Origin: a virus
IMG/VR virus record: IMGVR_UViG_3300044971_004534
Direction: 5' to 3' (one strand)
DNA length: 64,000 nt
Part shown: one piece after another, positions 10,228 through 21,139 of the stretch
Position numbering within the stretch: position 1 is the stretch's first letter
Layout of the letters: each line of letters starts with the position of its first letter
The notes under the pieces: model-generated
What the model was told of the DNA's origin: nothing
The model's input: only the letters and a program-made list of their open reading frames with translations
Databases searched by the model: none
Program-made: the position numbers and the translations under genes

Positions 10228-11130
10228 ATGCATATATTGAACATATCAAAAAATTTTGACTATATTTACTTAGATGCAAAATCAAGTTCTGTAAATATAC
10301 ATGATATAAACAAACTTGTTGAGAACTCGTACATACAAAAAGTAGTTATAAAAAATTGGAACAAAAATTATATTGCCGCAAACTATAGAGCATTATATCA
10401 ATTAAAAAGTAATGCAACTTTGCAGTTCTCTATGATCAATGCATCTTCTGTTGATATCATGGCAATGCAGGCTTTTTTGGCACAAGAAGAAATTCCAAAA
10501 GAAGTGTCAGCATTTGACGTAAGCAGATCAATTTTTGTACCGCAGTGGATAAATAGAATAAATAACATTCTTGTGTGGGACCAAAATTTATTTTACAATA
10601 ACAGTTTTTCTTTTACGGTATCTAAGTACGTAAATCAGTATCCCTCAGCCGTCAAAAAAGTAGTAATATTCCCTAACAATTTATCATCTCTAGATCAAGC
10701 TAGTCTTTCGACTTTGATGAATATGAATGGCATGGAGCAAAGTTTCGTATCTTCTTATGCTGGTTCTGTTGTTTCAAAGTACGGTGTTGACACAATTTGG
10801 CCCATATCTGTTAGTTCTTACAGTGACATAGATAATTTGGCTGCTTCTTTACGAAGCTATCTTGATGCTTTTAACATATTAAGTGTAATGATCATTTTTA
10901 GCGATAATATTAACAAGTCAAGTCTTTCTCTTGAGGAATATTACAGTATATCTAATTTGGAGAATTACGTGAACGTATACCTGTATGGATTACCAGTTGA
11001 CAAGGCTGGCAAGGCTTCTAGAGATCTAGACAGGTTTAAATGGATATCTGATGTAAAATATAGTAATTATTTTAAATCGGGCGTTAACGTCTATAATAAA
11101 AATAATATTAATTTTATTTTGCTAAAATGA
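10228..11130 (+). CDS. About 300-aa hypothetical protein
   Basis: The track starts this ORF at GTG 10216 (GTGA overlap). ATG 10228 is preceded by AGGTGAT (10214-10220), a strong anti-SD complement at good spacing, so I prefer 10228. No family is recognised. Confidence 0.65.
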   Translation: MHILNISKNFDYIYLDAKSSSVNIHDINKLVENSYIQKVVIKNWNKNYIAANYRALYQLKSNATLQFSMINASSVDIMAMQAFLAQEEIPKEVSAFDVSRSIFVPQWINRINNILVWDQNLFYNNSFSFTVSKYVNQYPSAVKKVVIFPNNLSSLDQASLSTLMNMNGMEQSFVSSYAGSVVSKYGVDTIWPISVSSYSDIDNLAASLRSYLDAFNILSVMIIFSDNINKSSLSLEEYYSISNLENYVNVYLYGLPVDKAGKASRDLDRFKWISDVKYSNYFKSGVNVYNKNNINFILLK

Positions 11131-11137
11131 CAATACT

Positions 11138-14100
11138 ATGCCTATAAAAGGAATCTCTAAATATTCAGTTTCTTTACAATTTTCCGAAGTTGGTGGAGAT
11201 CCACGTCCAGGTTCAGTTGTTTCCTATATGGACGAGTCTGGTCACGAACATCATTTTGTTGTCACTTTTTATGCAGCGGGTATTAAGTCATTCGGCATAA
11301 AACCCATATCTGGAATTGGTAAAATAAATCCTGGAATATTGCCTGGTTCTTATCTGAGATCTTTAGATAAAAGTTTTTATATAAAAGTTGGCAATAATTC
11401 TGTTACGCTTTCAGATGGATCAAAAATACACCAACTTGCTGAGGTAACAGATGTCAGAGAATCTTTTATTTCAAATCGTCATAGTTTAATTATTGATGAC
11501 GCTAGAGGTATAAGGTGGAACCAGGCCTTTATGGATGGCTCAGACTTTGCCTACTCTGCATGTGATTTAAGTTTTTTGAGTGTGGTTTTTCCATATGAGA
11601 AAGAAGTAATCAGTGGGATATCTAATCATAGACCTAGTCCAGTAATTGCTTTAAGCAAGCAGTTTGGCATTATGCAAAGTAGCGATGTAAAACATTATAA
11701 AAATTATCCTGTATTATTTTTAGATAGAAACGCAAACGATTTTTATAAAGTTCAAGTTTCTGAATTTGTAAATCTTGGTGATTTTGCAGTCAATAATCTT
11801 TCTTACGCTGTAAAAGATGAATCATTTTTGCGTGAATTGCAAGATTATACTTTGTGTGTTTTTGCTAGCAATGACTATTTAAATAATAAAAATGTATTTG
11901 CAAGCTTTGCAGCTAATATTGGCGCTTTTAATTCTAAAGACGTAGTAAATGATTTACTTTCTTTAAATACTATATTATCTTGTGGTTTAGTAAGAGCCAA
12001 AACCTTAGCTAATGGAAGTGGTTATGAGTTTATAAAAAATGTAAATTCCATAGACAACACTATATCTAATGGATGTTTTGATGGAGACTATATAAATGAA
12101 TTTATTCCAACAGATGATTTGTCTTTATTGTTTTTAAAATACGACGGCAAATATTATTGTGTTGGAAACTTTACCTATGAAAACACTGAATACGTATCTG
12201 GTTGCAATATGATTAATGGCAGATATGTTTCAGAAGGTCGAAATTCATTTGGAGAATTCTCTAAATCACTCATTGACAGTGAAAATTATTGCTCAATCAA
12301 TAAAGTAAAAATGTTTTTTGACCAAAAGTTTTTTGATGTTGTAAATGCAATTGTTGCTCTTTATGGGGTAGAGCAATTTGTTCATGAGCCAATAGGTATT
12401 GTTAGCAAGACAATAGACGGCAATGACATCAATAGGGACTATCAGTCGTATGACCCTGTTGTATGCTTGCATAACTATATTGTTGGAGACACTGTGCCAT
12501 CTTACCTAGATGGAAAGTATAGGCTAAACGATCTGTGTGACAACTATGTTCCTGGAAGTGCATTTTTAGATCGTGACATTAGACCTTTAACAAAAAATAT
12601 CAACTCAAAAGGTTTAGCAGAAAAAAGTACTGGGGTAGCTTTTAGGCCTAGCTATGCATACAAGAAAAATCAAAATAAATCTTTTTCTATTGCTGTATCT
12701 GGTTTTTCTGATTTGCTAATACCTTTTAAAAATACAATTAAAGACATTTTAGTAGATTATAATTTTACTTCATTAGAATCTGTTGACTTGGGTCTTAAGA
12801 TTGTTGGGGATATTGAAAGTTCTCAAATTAAAAATTTATATATTTCTGGAGTTTCTTGCATAGAAGATAATAGCGTATTATCTGGTTCTGATGGCGTGCT
12901 TAAGTACATGAGAAAAGACGGCTCTGTCAGTAATGTTGTTCGCCATAATGATGCTTTGCTGTTATTAAGTTTATCTTTACAATTTTTATCTTTTTTAAAT
13001 AATAACAATTACTCAAAGAACATGTCCTCAAGGCCAAGTTTAGTATTTGAGTTTGGTAAAAGCGGTAGAAGTAAGGCTGTAAAGCTTGCGTTTGCTTTAT
13101 ATTGCAATAATAAAAATATATATCAACTCAATGAAAATGATAATATTTACTATGTCCATAGTCATGATAGGGATTTGGCAATTATTGAAATTAAAAGACT
13201 TATAAAAAGTTTAAGAAATTTTTATGGATCATTTTCCAATTCTGTTTATCAAGATCTTTTAAAGTTAATTAATTTTTATGATATGAAATATAAAAATTCA
13301 GCGATCTCTTCTATGAAAGATAAGATTGTAGATGCCGCTCATTTGCTTACAAAATTTGATTTTTACGTCAAGGGCCTTGGAGATCCTTTAGTAGATGTTT
13401 TTGGAATCTCTGAAAATTCAAGTGGTAAAGTGAATATTGAAAAAATATCTGGACTGTCATTAAACAACAAAGATCTTAAAAATTATATTCCATCTAATGT
13501 CAGTAAGCGCGTGTCAGGATATTCTGTTAGTAAATCTATGTCTCATGTTAGCATTTCTCCTATTTGGTCTGGTGCTGTGCTTTTTTCTGGCACTATAAGC
13601 AGCCCATATTCACCATCAGGTCAATATGCAGTTTATGATGATGTCAATAACGCTTTAGAGTCTATTATTTTAAGATGGATAAGCGGAATAGACTCTTTGA
13701 AAAATGAATGTGAAGGCTACATAATAGAATCAAAAGATGATGTTGGCATTGTTGATGAGAACGAAATAAGTGCACGTAATTTTATTTTAGTATCTTCCTT
13801 AAAAAACAAATCCGATGTATTGTTAAAAGACAATTTTAAAATAGGTATTTCTTATGCTTGCATCACTGATGTAGAATTCAGGGGTAAGAGTACGGTTCAT
13901 TTTAATAATGGTTATATTTTGCATAACAGAAGGATATTTAGCGCTATTGTTAAGCCTTCTATAGACGCTGGTGCTAGGGTAATTTTGCAAGAGCAAAACG
14001 TTGATCAATTAATTATAGATTATTTTTCTAACATTGATAGCGCTATTAATGGATCTGCAAGTAAAAAATCAGAAGATGCTTTATGTTTTTTTGAAAATGT

Positions 14101-14887
14101 ATATAATCCAGATTATGTTGAAAGAACTGCAATAACAGATATAGGCGGACAAGAAGTGGCTGTTTTTGAAGGAGTAAAGTTTAGCTTTTTTAGTCAAAAT
14201 GCTTTTGCAAATTATGATACTTACAAGGGAGAATATTATTTTGATTCTCGTATTGCTTACAAAGAATCTTACGCACCACAGGGTGCTGACATCGTAGATT
14301 TAAATGTTGACTTAGACAGGCTTAATGACAGAAAAAGATCTTTGTATGTTGCTCAAAATTTAATATCGGAACAAATATCTTCAGTTATAGATCAAATATC
14401 TTCTTATGAAATTACTCAAAACGTTAATAAAAGTTTACTTATATATGGATTAAGATCTTCAGCATTAAATGCGCCTAAAAGATTGACTGCAAATCTTTTT
14501 GGTCATAACTTTTTTAACTTTGTTATGGTTAAATTGGGTGAAGAAGTTCAAGACTCTTATTTTACTCACAATACTTTCCTGTCTCCATATGCTGGCCTTA
14601 AAGCAAATAGGATTCACGCGTTTACGACAGACGACAATTTTGTTATGAAAAAGATCTTTGATAGATCTTCAAGTGTCAAAGATTGTTACGTTGAAAGGTC
14701 TATTCTTGCTGATTGGGGTAAATTAAAGAACTTGTATCCAATTCCGCCCAATGAATATGCTACAGCTGATGGCATAAATATTAATAAGGGCGAAGGCTCT
14801 AATAATAATGATGACGATATAATATATAGATTTAAAATAAGTAATTTGCCTAATATAAAAAGTTACACAATTAATGGTATAATTTAA
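11138..14887 (+). CDS. 1249-aa hypothetical large structural-like protein
   Basis: This is an uninterrupted 1249-codon frame whose stop overlaps the next start (TAATG 14885-14889). I can name no motif. Confidence 0.85.
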   Translation: MPIKGISKYSVSLQFSEVGGDPRPGSVVSYMDESGHEHHFVVTFYAAGIKSFGIKPISGIGKINPGILPGSYLRSLDKSFYIKVGNNSVTLSDGSKIHQLAEVTDVRESFISNRHSLIIDDARGIRWNQAFMDGSDFAYSACDLSFLSVVFPYEKEVISGISNHRPSPVIALSKQFGIMQSSDVKHYKNYPVLFLDRNANDFYKVQVSEFVNLGDFAVNNLSYAVKDESFLRELQDYTLCVFASNDYLNNKNVFASFAANIGAFNSKDVVNDLLSLNTILSCGLVRAKTLANGSGYEFIKNVNSIDNTISNGCFDGDYINEFIPTDDLSLLFLKYDGKYYCVGNFTYENTEYVSGCNMINGRYVSEGRNSFGEFSKSLIDSENYCSINKVKMFFDQKFFDVVNAIVALYGVEQFVHEPIGIVSKTIDGNDINRDYQSYDPVVCLHNYIVGDTVPSYLDGKYRLNDLCDNYVPGSAFLDRDIRPLTKNINSKGLAEKSTGVAFRPSYAYKKNQNKSFSIAVSGFSDLLIPFKNTIKDILVDYNFTSLESVDLGLKIVGDIESSQIKNLYISGVSCIEDNSVLSGSDGVLKYMRKDGSVSNVVRHNDALLLLSLSLQFLSFLNNNNYSKNMSSRPSLVFEFGKSGRSKAVKLAFALYCNNKNIYQLNENDNIYYVHSHDRDLAIIEIKRLIKSLRNFYGSFSNSVYQDLLKLINFYDMKYKNSAISSMKDKIVDAAHLLTKFDFYVKGLGDPLVDVFGISENSSGKVNIEKISGLSLNNKDLKNYIPSNVSKRVSGYSVSKSMSHVSISPIWSGAVLFSGTISSPYSPSGQYAVYDDVNNALESIILRWISGIDSLKNECEGYIIESKDDVGIVDENEISARNFILVSSLKNKSDVLLKDNFKIGISYACITDVEFRGKSTVHFNNGYILHNRRIFSAIVKPSIDAGARVILQEQNVDQLIIDYFSNIDSAINGSASKKSEDALCFFENVYNPDYVERTAITDIGGQEVAVFEGVKFSFFSQNAFANYDTYKGEYYFDSRIAYKESYAPQGADIVDLNVDLDRLNDRKRSLYVAQNLISEQISSVIDQISSYEITQNVNKSLLIYGLRSSALNAPKRLTANLFGHNFFNFVMVKLGEEVQDSYFTHNTFLSPYAGLKANRIHAFTTDDNFVMKKIFDRSSSVKDCYVERSILADWGKLKNLYPIPPNEYATADGININKGEGSNNNDDDIIYRFKISNLPNIKSYTINGII

Positions 14888-17800
14888 TGGCACAATATAT
14901 TAATACATCACTTATTGCTGACAATGAATTTTGGGACGCATCTACTTGGAGAAGAATGTGTAGAGAGTTGGCTGGACTTCGTGGATTGGCTCCTGCTGTA
15001 CATTTTAGGAACACTGTTAACGACAGTGATTCTTCTCAAAACGTTGATGACGATAGAATTTTTCATACTCATACACACCAAAAAATTTACGTTTGGGGCG
15101 TTGAGATGTGTTCTGGAGGTTATGACACTTTAAAAATATACTGGAGAGCCCCCAGTAATCCGCCAGATGCTCAGTGGACTTTAGATAGTGGGTGGACTCT
15201 TATAAAGGGAGCTGGAGCTAAGACTAATGGAGGAAGCGGTACTGGTGCTGGTCAAACAAATCCGAACAATACCGCCAATATTCAGCCTGGGCCCAGCCCC
15301 TTTGGAAATATAGGAACTTCTGAAGCTACATTGGGTGGCACTGGTACTGGTTTACATTTCCCTCGCAGCAATCCGCTTCCTGACGGTTCTACTAATAACG
15401 TAGAATACTTTTATAATCAGTGGCTTTTAGAGATGAAACATAGTGGTGCGATTTATACTATGGCTGGTCCATCTCCAATCTATGATCAGGGTCAGGCTTA
15501 TACAACTCTTACTTCAAATTTTTTAAGAACTTTTTTACTAATGAAAGAAGGGTATTGGAAATTTGTATTAGATGAAACGGCGTCTCCTTGGTATAATCAA
15601 TCTTTAGGTTTGCCAACTACAAATTGGGATTCTGGATTAAAAACAGATTGGTTTAACTCAAAGGGTCGTTTATCTCCTGTTGATTATGCAACAAATCCTA
15701 CTCTTTATCAATCTTTGCCTGGTCATGTAGATGCTTCTAAAAATAGTCAAGTAGCTTCTACGGGAGTGAGATATAGGTCAAGGTTTACTAGATCTCTTAA
15801 TGTAAGAGCTTTTTTTCCTGAAAAAGATTTAGTTACTGGTTCTTTAATGACAAAAGTTTTTAAGACAATGACTCCTGGCGTAGCTACTAATGATTACCAG
15901 GTAGATGCTCCATATACAAAAGTTGTAGGTTACGGCGCTGAATGGGGTAGTTCTTTGCAGACTGCATCCAGTGCTCAATGGACAAAGTTTGTTAAAACAC
16001 GAAATTCTTCTGGGCAAGATGGAACTTCAGGATTCCCTCACACTACAGAAATTACATCAAATGAAAGATTTAGTAATGTAGAATGGAGGTATACTCCATT
16101 ATTTAAAAAGAGAGTTATTAATCGAAGACACTTGTTCATTGATGGAGTTACCATAAATGGTGGCGACAAGTTTGTAGACGGATATTACAGCGTTCAGGGG
16201 CTATGGGAGGAAGACCCAATTTACGTCAGGCCAGATGCGCCTGCAGCTCCTGGTACTTCTTTTCCATCTGGAGATGGGCAAGTCAAAGGATGGTTTGTTG
16301 ACTTTAGGGGTAGTGTATTTAGAAATTGCACTTTTAAAAATATTTTTATTGGCGGCAGGGACGAATCTTGTTGGTCTGGAGTATCTTTTGTAAACTGCAA
16401 ATTTATTAATTGTGCAGTAAATACAAATGGAGATTCTATTCTTTTTCATGAATGTTCTTTCATTGGTGGTTATAAAAATACCGCCATGTTTACGCCGACT
16501 ACATTTCATTCAAGTGCATTTATTAGTTGTCAGTTCTTAAATAATGATAGAGTGTTTATATTCTCTTCTGCCAAGGGGCCAGTTAGCGATAATCTTTGGT
16601 GGCGTAACATTTTTGATTATCAAGTTAATCAAAATGGTGGCGGCAGTGAAATATTTTGTACAGAATTTCCAAGCTTTATGAGATTCAGTGCTCAAACTTA
16701 TGCGTTTGATGCAACAGGTACTAGCATAACTTCCCATATAGTGCAGCAGCATGAATTCTCAAGAAATTTATTTATTAATAATCGTTTGCATAGTGGTCTT
16801 GGTGGTATAGTTTCATCATATGAGACTTTTAGTAGAGCTAATCTTTTCTATATGAATACCTTTAATGATACCATTAAGATATACGCGCATACTCCTGCTG
16901 GACTTAGCGAAGACAAGTGCCTGTATGAGTCTTGGGCGCATAACTTCATGCATAAGCTTTCTATTTCTCTAGATGGAAAAACTTATCATCATAGATTTAT
17001 ATGCAACGCTGTTTCTGAGCCTCAGTTTAGTAGTTTCAAGAGTATAGATAGTCACTATAGTCCCTATTCTCTTGGGACAGGAGTATGCGTCAATGCAGGT
17101 GGAGTTGAGGGCGACTCAAGCGCTCCATCTGGCCAATGGTATTGCGTTAATACAACTGCTATGGCTAATAAGGCTATAAGTAACGTCTTTTTAAACTGGG
17201 GCAATTACTTTATGGACAACCACTTGGGTCCATGTTCTATATTTAACGGATTTCATCATGTATATGATCCAAATTTTGATATTAATAAAAGTATAGATAA
17301 TTATTGGAGTCAAAATAATTTGTGGAAATACGTAAATGTTGCTCATAGAAATAAATTTAATTTGCCTTTTCCTGGTAAAAAATATGGTTGGCATGATGGT
17401 CTTATTGGTCGCTTAAATCCTGATGGAACCGAATGGTCTCCTCAGCATCACAACTCAAGTGGAGCAAGAAGTTTTTCTCCTTTGCCTTTAGAATGGAAGC
17501 TAGAGCATTACGACAATGGATGGAAAGTTTGGGATACATCTTACGGTGGACCTTCTGGTGGTTTTTATTGTTCACAAGATTCTTCTCATATTGCATCAAG
17601 AAATGAATGCCGTTCTATTTATGTTAAAAATTTAAGCAGTAATGTTTGGGAGAAGAAGAATAGCGGTGTTTTGTACAGTAATGAGGCTGTTTTGTCTTCT
17701 AGACAAGGTTGGGGTCAACAGATATTCAGAAATGATGTTATAACTGATGGTCTAATATTGGCTTTGAATGCGAGTGTCGTTAGCTCTTTCAACTATGGAA

Positions 17801-18543
17801 GTGGTAGCTCTTTTGATATAGGAAATAATACACAATGGAAAAATATGATGAGCAATGGATTCCATGGTTCTATTCAAAATTCTCCAAGATTTGCTGGTAC
17901 AACTTTGACTGCTCCTCCGGCAAATTGCACAAATACCAATAATGACGGCAGCGGAGGTTCTATTAGGTTTAATTGTACAGATACCGATGATTTTGTAAAC
18001 ATTTCTAATATCAATTCTTCTGGAGCTACAGTCTCAAATACTTTTAGTGCAAAAACTGATGGTTTTATCACTATTCAAACCTGGGTTCGTTTAAGAAGTG
18101 TTGCAAATCAAATGTTTTTTGGTAAAGGAACAAACAGTACTTCTGGCAATTGGGACGGCTATTCTGTAGGTACTGGTTCTTCTGGTGGGCTTTTGATAGT
18201 TACAAATGGTGCTTCAGTTTATAAAGAAAATAGTACTTCTGGATCTGGACTCATACTATCTGCAGATGTTTGGTATTTTATTACTGCTGTCATTAAGATT
18301 GGTGGCACAAGTGGAGACGTTAAGGGCTACGTTAATAATGTAAGATATATTAATGGTTCTCACGGCTCAGAAACATCCTATGATGACACTGTTAATCCGC
18401 TCGTGTTGGCTAAAGGCTTTAAAAATAGTACTTCTAATTTTCCATTTACTGGATGGATGGGAGAGTTTTATTTTTACAATCGTGAATTGACTGCTTCCGA
18501 GGTAGAAATAAATTATCAAGCTACTAGAGGAAGATTCTTATAA
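14887..18543 (+). CDS. Fibre/receptor-binding-like protein, paralogue 1 (1218 aa), with a C-terminal LamG-like domain
   Basis: It shares an N-terminal module (LAGLRGLAPAVHF...IYVWGVEMCSGGYDTLKIYW), the EGYWKFVLDET motif and the VDFRGSVFRNCTF beta-helix-like repeats with the next two ORFs. Confidence 0.9.
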   Translation: MAQYINTSLIADNEFWDASTWRRMCRELAGLRGLAPAVHFRNTVNDSDSSQNVDDDRIFHTHTHQKIYVWGVEMCSGGYDTLKIYWRAPSNPPDAQWTLDSGWTLIKGAGAKTNGGSGTGAGQTNPNNTANIQPGPSPFGNIGTSEATLGGTGTGLHFPRSNPLPDGSTNNVEYFYNQWLLEMKHSGAIYTMAGPSPIYDQGQAYTTLTSNFLRTFLLMKEGYWKFVLDETASPWYNQSLGLPTTNWDSGLKTDWFNSKGRLSPVDYATNPTLYQSLPGHVDASKNSQVASTGVRYRSRFTRSLNVRAFFPEKDLVTGSLMTKVFKTMTPGVATNDYQVDAPYTKVVGYGAEWGSSLQTASSAQWTKFVKTRNSSGQDGTSGFPHTTEITSNERFSNVEWRYTPLFKKRVINRRHLFIDGVTINGGDKFVDGYYSVQGLWEEDPIYVRPDAPAAPGTSFPSGDGQVKGWFVDFRGSVFRNCTFKNIFIGGRDESCWSGVSFVNCKFINCAVNTNGDSILFHECSFIGGYKNTAMFTPTTFHSSAFISCQFLNNDRVFIFSSAKGPVSDNLWWRNIFDYQVNQNGGGSEIFCTEFPSFMRFSAQTYAFDATGTSITSHIVQQHEFSRNLFINNRLHSGLGGIVSSYETFSRANLFYMNTFNDTIKIYAHTPAGLSEDKCLYESWAHNFMHKLSISLDGKTYHHRFICNAVSEPQFSSFKSIDSHYSPYSLGTGVCVNAGGVEGDSSAPSGQWYCVNTTAMANKAISNVFLNWGNYFMDNHLGPCSIFNGFHHVYDPNFDINKSIDNYWSQNNLWKYVNVAHRNKFNLPFPGKKYGWHDGLIGRLNPDGTEWSPQHHNSSGARSFSPLPLEWKLEHYDNGWKVWDTSYGGPSGGFYCSQDSSHIASRNECRSIYVKNLSSNVWEKKNSGVLYSNEAVLSSRQGWGQQIFRNDVITDGLILALNASVVSSFNYGSGSSFDIGNNTQWKNMMSNGFHGSIQNSPRFAGTTLTAPPANCTNTNNDGSGGSIRFNCTDTDDFVNISNINSSGATVSNTFSAKTDGFITIQTWVRLRSVANQMFFGKGTNSTSGNWDGYSVGTGSSGGLLIVTNGASVYKENSTSGSGLILSADVWYFITAVIKIGGTSGDVKGYVNNVRYINGSHGSETSYDDTVNPLVLAKGFKNSTSNFPFTGWMGEFYFYNRELTASEVEINYQATRGRFL
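17960..18540 (+). other. LamG / concanavalin-A-like lectin domain
   Basis: The matching segment is ...FITIQTWVRLRS...VWYFITAVIKIGG...GYVNNVRYINGSH...FTGWMGEFYFYNRELTASEVEINY. This has the typical Laminin_G_3 ending (hydrophobic-YNRaLsasEi). Confidence 0.7.
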
Positions 18544-18555
18544 AGAAGGTTTATT

Positions 18556-21138
18556 ATGTTTCAAGCTTATGATTCTCAATCTGCATTACGCGAAATGGTC
18601 GGCATAAGAGGCGCTGCACCTTCTATTCGTTTTAAAGAGTCTGTTCCTGGGCTCTCTGTTGAAAAAGAGGTCTTACATGTCCCAGCTAATGAGAGTGTTT
18701 ATGTTTGGGGAGTTGAGCTATTTAGTGGTGGTTTTGATTGTTTAAAAGTAACACATTATCCAGATGGGCAGCCGCCTGTGCTTATAAAAAATGGTGGCAA
18801 TGAAATATCTTTATTGAATAACAGGAAACAAATTAGTTACTTTTCAAACGGTGTAAAAATTGTTGAAACATTACCTTTTGATGATTTTTGGAACGAACCA
18901 TTTTTAGTTAATAAAAACGATGAAAAAATAGTAAAGAGTAATTTTTTTAGGTGTTTTATATTTGAGTCTGAGGGTTATTATAAATTTGAGATTGATGAGA
19001 CTTTTAATCCTAAATATTTAAGTCCTGATTTTTTACCTATCGATTATGCATCTGATCAGATCTATAGCTCTGGCAGTGGCAATAGGCAGGGAAACAGGGC
19101 TGCTACTTGGTCTGTCACAAAGTCAAAAAGCTCGACACCAGAAGATTACGCAAGATCTAACAGTTCATTAAAAAGAGAAATTTATTTAAGAGTTATATCT
19201 AGAGATAAAGACATAGTAAATGGCAGCACTATATCTAGAAATGTTTTCAATCTTTCTCCAGGTTTAGTGAAGTACGAAAATTTGCCTCCATGGACGGGTA
19301 CTAATCGTGATGCAAACGGAAATCCTCTCAGAGTTAATACGTTGGGTCCGTGGTATGTAGCTGGCAATAATGCTTACTACAATGTTGACGCCTATTATAA
19401 TAGCAACACTACCACTTCAGGTGCGCCTACTATAGACTTAAATCACGGCTGGCTGGGAAGGAACGCTGTATTTGCTCCGCAGTACACAATACAGGGCTTG
19501 ATGAATAATCTACTAGAAAATTCTTATAGACCATATTCAGACTATTTTAGGCAAGGCTGCCGGTATTACAATATGAGAAATGGTGTTATTGAAAACGTTA
19601 ATTTTTATGGGTCAGATTTTTCAGTAGTTCATCAATTTTTTATATTACCATATAGCTATTATAACGACTCTTTAAATGTTGCTTCTTCTGATGCAAATGT
19701 ATTTTTAAATACTACTAGATATTTACCATCAGGATCATCTCTGACTTCAGTTAGTATAGCTTCTGGCTCTCCTGCGATATTAACGTCAGCCAATCATGGC
19801 TTGACGGCTGGCACTCCCATTATGTTTAGTGGTGGCTCTTTGCCAGTTGGTATAAGTGCAAATACAATTTATTTTGTCACAAGTTCAAATTTAACGGCTA
19901 CTACTTTTACAATTAGTGCAACTTCTGGTGGTGCTCCAATAAATACTACTGGAGCTACGGCATCATCTTTTTATTACAGAGATTTTGTAAATATAGATTC
20001 AATTGATAATCTTGTAAGCTATTTAAACAATGGAGCAACTTTTCCAATATCGAGTCAAAACGCTTTGTCCACTCCTGATCAATATCAAAATAATGTTTTA
20101 GTAGATATGAGAGGTGCTGTTTTTAAGAATTGTACTTTTGATAAATATCAAATGAATTTAACACATAAATCTATGATGCTAGATGGTGCAGTATTTGAAA
20201 ATTGCACTTTTATTGGTTGTGGATCTGGCTATAACAATAGTGGTGGAATATTATACAAAAATTGTCATTTTGAAGAAATTAGTACGCAGGGTGATTTGAG
20301 TTTAACATGGGAGGCCGGTGGTTCTTGCTGCGTCATGGGATGTACTCAAAAATATACTGAAAGAGGCACTTTATTTTCTTTTCATAAAGGTGGCTTTAAT
20401 GATAGTATTTGGATAAGGCATTCATATCACGGCATAGACAGGTTTCAGATAGCAAATGAGCATTGGGTAATGGAATCTTGTTGTTGTGGAGATTGTGCTA
20501 CTTCAAATCGTTTTGACAATAATATGTTTATAATGAACAGAGGCTCTAAGGGGCCTTGCAGTATAGGTCTCTATAGAGCAAATTGTAAACTAAATTTAAT
20601 CGCATTTAATTCTTTTGAAGTTTATTCTGGAGGATCTAATTACTTTTTAGTCAATGATCCGGGTCGAGTTTTTGACTTAGAATGCAATGTTTTTCTGTAT
20701 AATGATTCAGTTGGGTGCGGTATTAGTATGCAATATTGGTCCCATAATAATAGGTTTATTAATTGTACATTTAGAAAAATTCAAAATTTTGCCAACCCAT
20801 GGGGTGGATATAATTGGGTAAGTCAGGATGAAGTGGATGGAAGAAATTTTTACACTTCTTATGGTTTTCTCAATTTACTTGGTACAGGTTCAGATGCTCC
20901 AACCAGTAATCTTATAATCAATTGTTCAATGATCGACTATCAAGATGATACCTATACTTGGGGCGCAGGTTATAGTTCAGATAATCTTTTTAGAATTAGT
21001 AATATTAATCCAGCCGTAAATGATTCTGAAATACTGTCAGGTAAAAATATTATTTATAATTTAAGAAGAATAATAGAAAACAGTGCAGATAGGACTCATC
21101 CTATAAGCAGTAGTAATCCTAATATAAGTAATTTGTAA
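18556..21138 (+). CDS. Fibre/receptor-binding-like protein, paralogue 2 (860 aa)
   Basis: The N-terminus MVGIRGAAPSIRF...VYVWGVELFSGGFDCLKVTH, plus EGYYKFEIDET and VDMRGAVFKNCTF...AVFENCTFIGC, are homologous to ORFs 14887 and 21140. An AAGG SD-like element lies 5-6 nt upstream. Confidence 0.9.
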   Translation: MFQAYDSQSALREMVGIRGAAPSIRFKESVPGLSVEKEVLHVPANESVYVWGVELFSGGFDCLKVTHYPDGQPPVLIKNGGNEISLLNNRKQISYFSNGVKIVETLPFDDFWNEPFLVNKNDEKIVKSNFFRCFIFESEGYYKFEIDETFNPKYLSPDFLPIDYASDQIYSSGSGNRQGNRAATWSVTKSKSSTPEDYARSNSSLKREIYLRVISRDKDIVNGSTISRNVFNLSPGLVKYENLPPWTGTNRDANGNPLRVNTLGPWYVAGNNAYYNVDAYYNSNTTTSGAPTIDLNHGWLGRNAVFAPQYTIQGLMNNLLENSYRPYSDYFRQGCRYYNMRNGVIENVNFYGSDFSVVHQFFILPYSYYNDSLNVASSDANVFLNTTRYLPSGSSLTSVSIASGSPAILTSANHGLTAGTPIMFSGGSLPVGISANTIYFVTSSNLTATTFTISATSGGAPINTTGATASSFYYRDFVNIDSIDNLVSYLNNGATFPISSQNALSTPDQYQNNVLVDMRGAVFKNCTFDKYQMNLTHKSMMLDGAVFENCTFIGCGSGYNNSGGILYKNCHFEEISTQGDLSLTWEAGGSCCVMGCTQKYTERGTLFSFHKGGFNDSIWIRHSYHGIDRFQIANEHWVMESCCCGDCATSNRFDNNMFIMNRGSKGPCSIGLYRANCKLNLIAFNSFEVYSGGSNYFLVNDPGRVFDLECNVFLYNDSVGCGISMQYWSHNNRFINCTFRKIQNFANPWGGYNWVSQDEVDGRNFYTSYGFLNLLGTGSDAPTSNLIINCSMIDYQDDTYTWGAGYSSDNLFRISNINPAVNDSEILSGKNIIYNLRRIIENSADRTHPISSSNPNISNL

Positions 21139-21139
21139 T

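Noticed and set aside
17960-18540. A diversity-generating retroelement targeting the C-terminal LamG/lectin-like domains
   Set aside because: There is no reverse transcriptase, no template repeat and no adenine-specific mismatch pair anywhere in the window.
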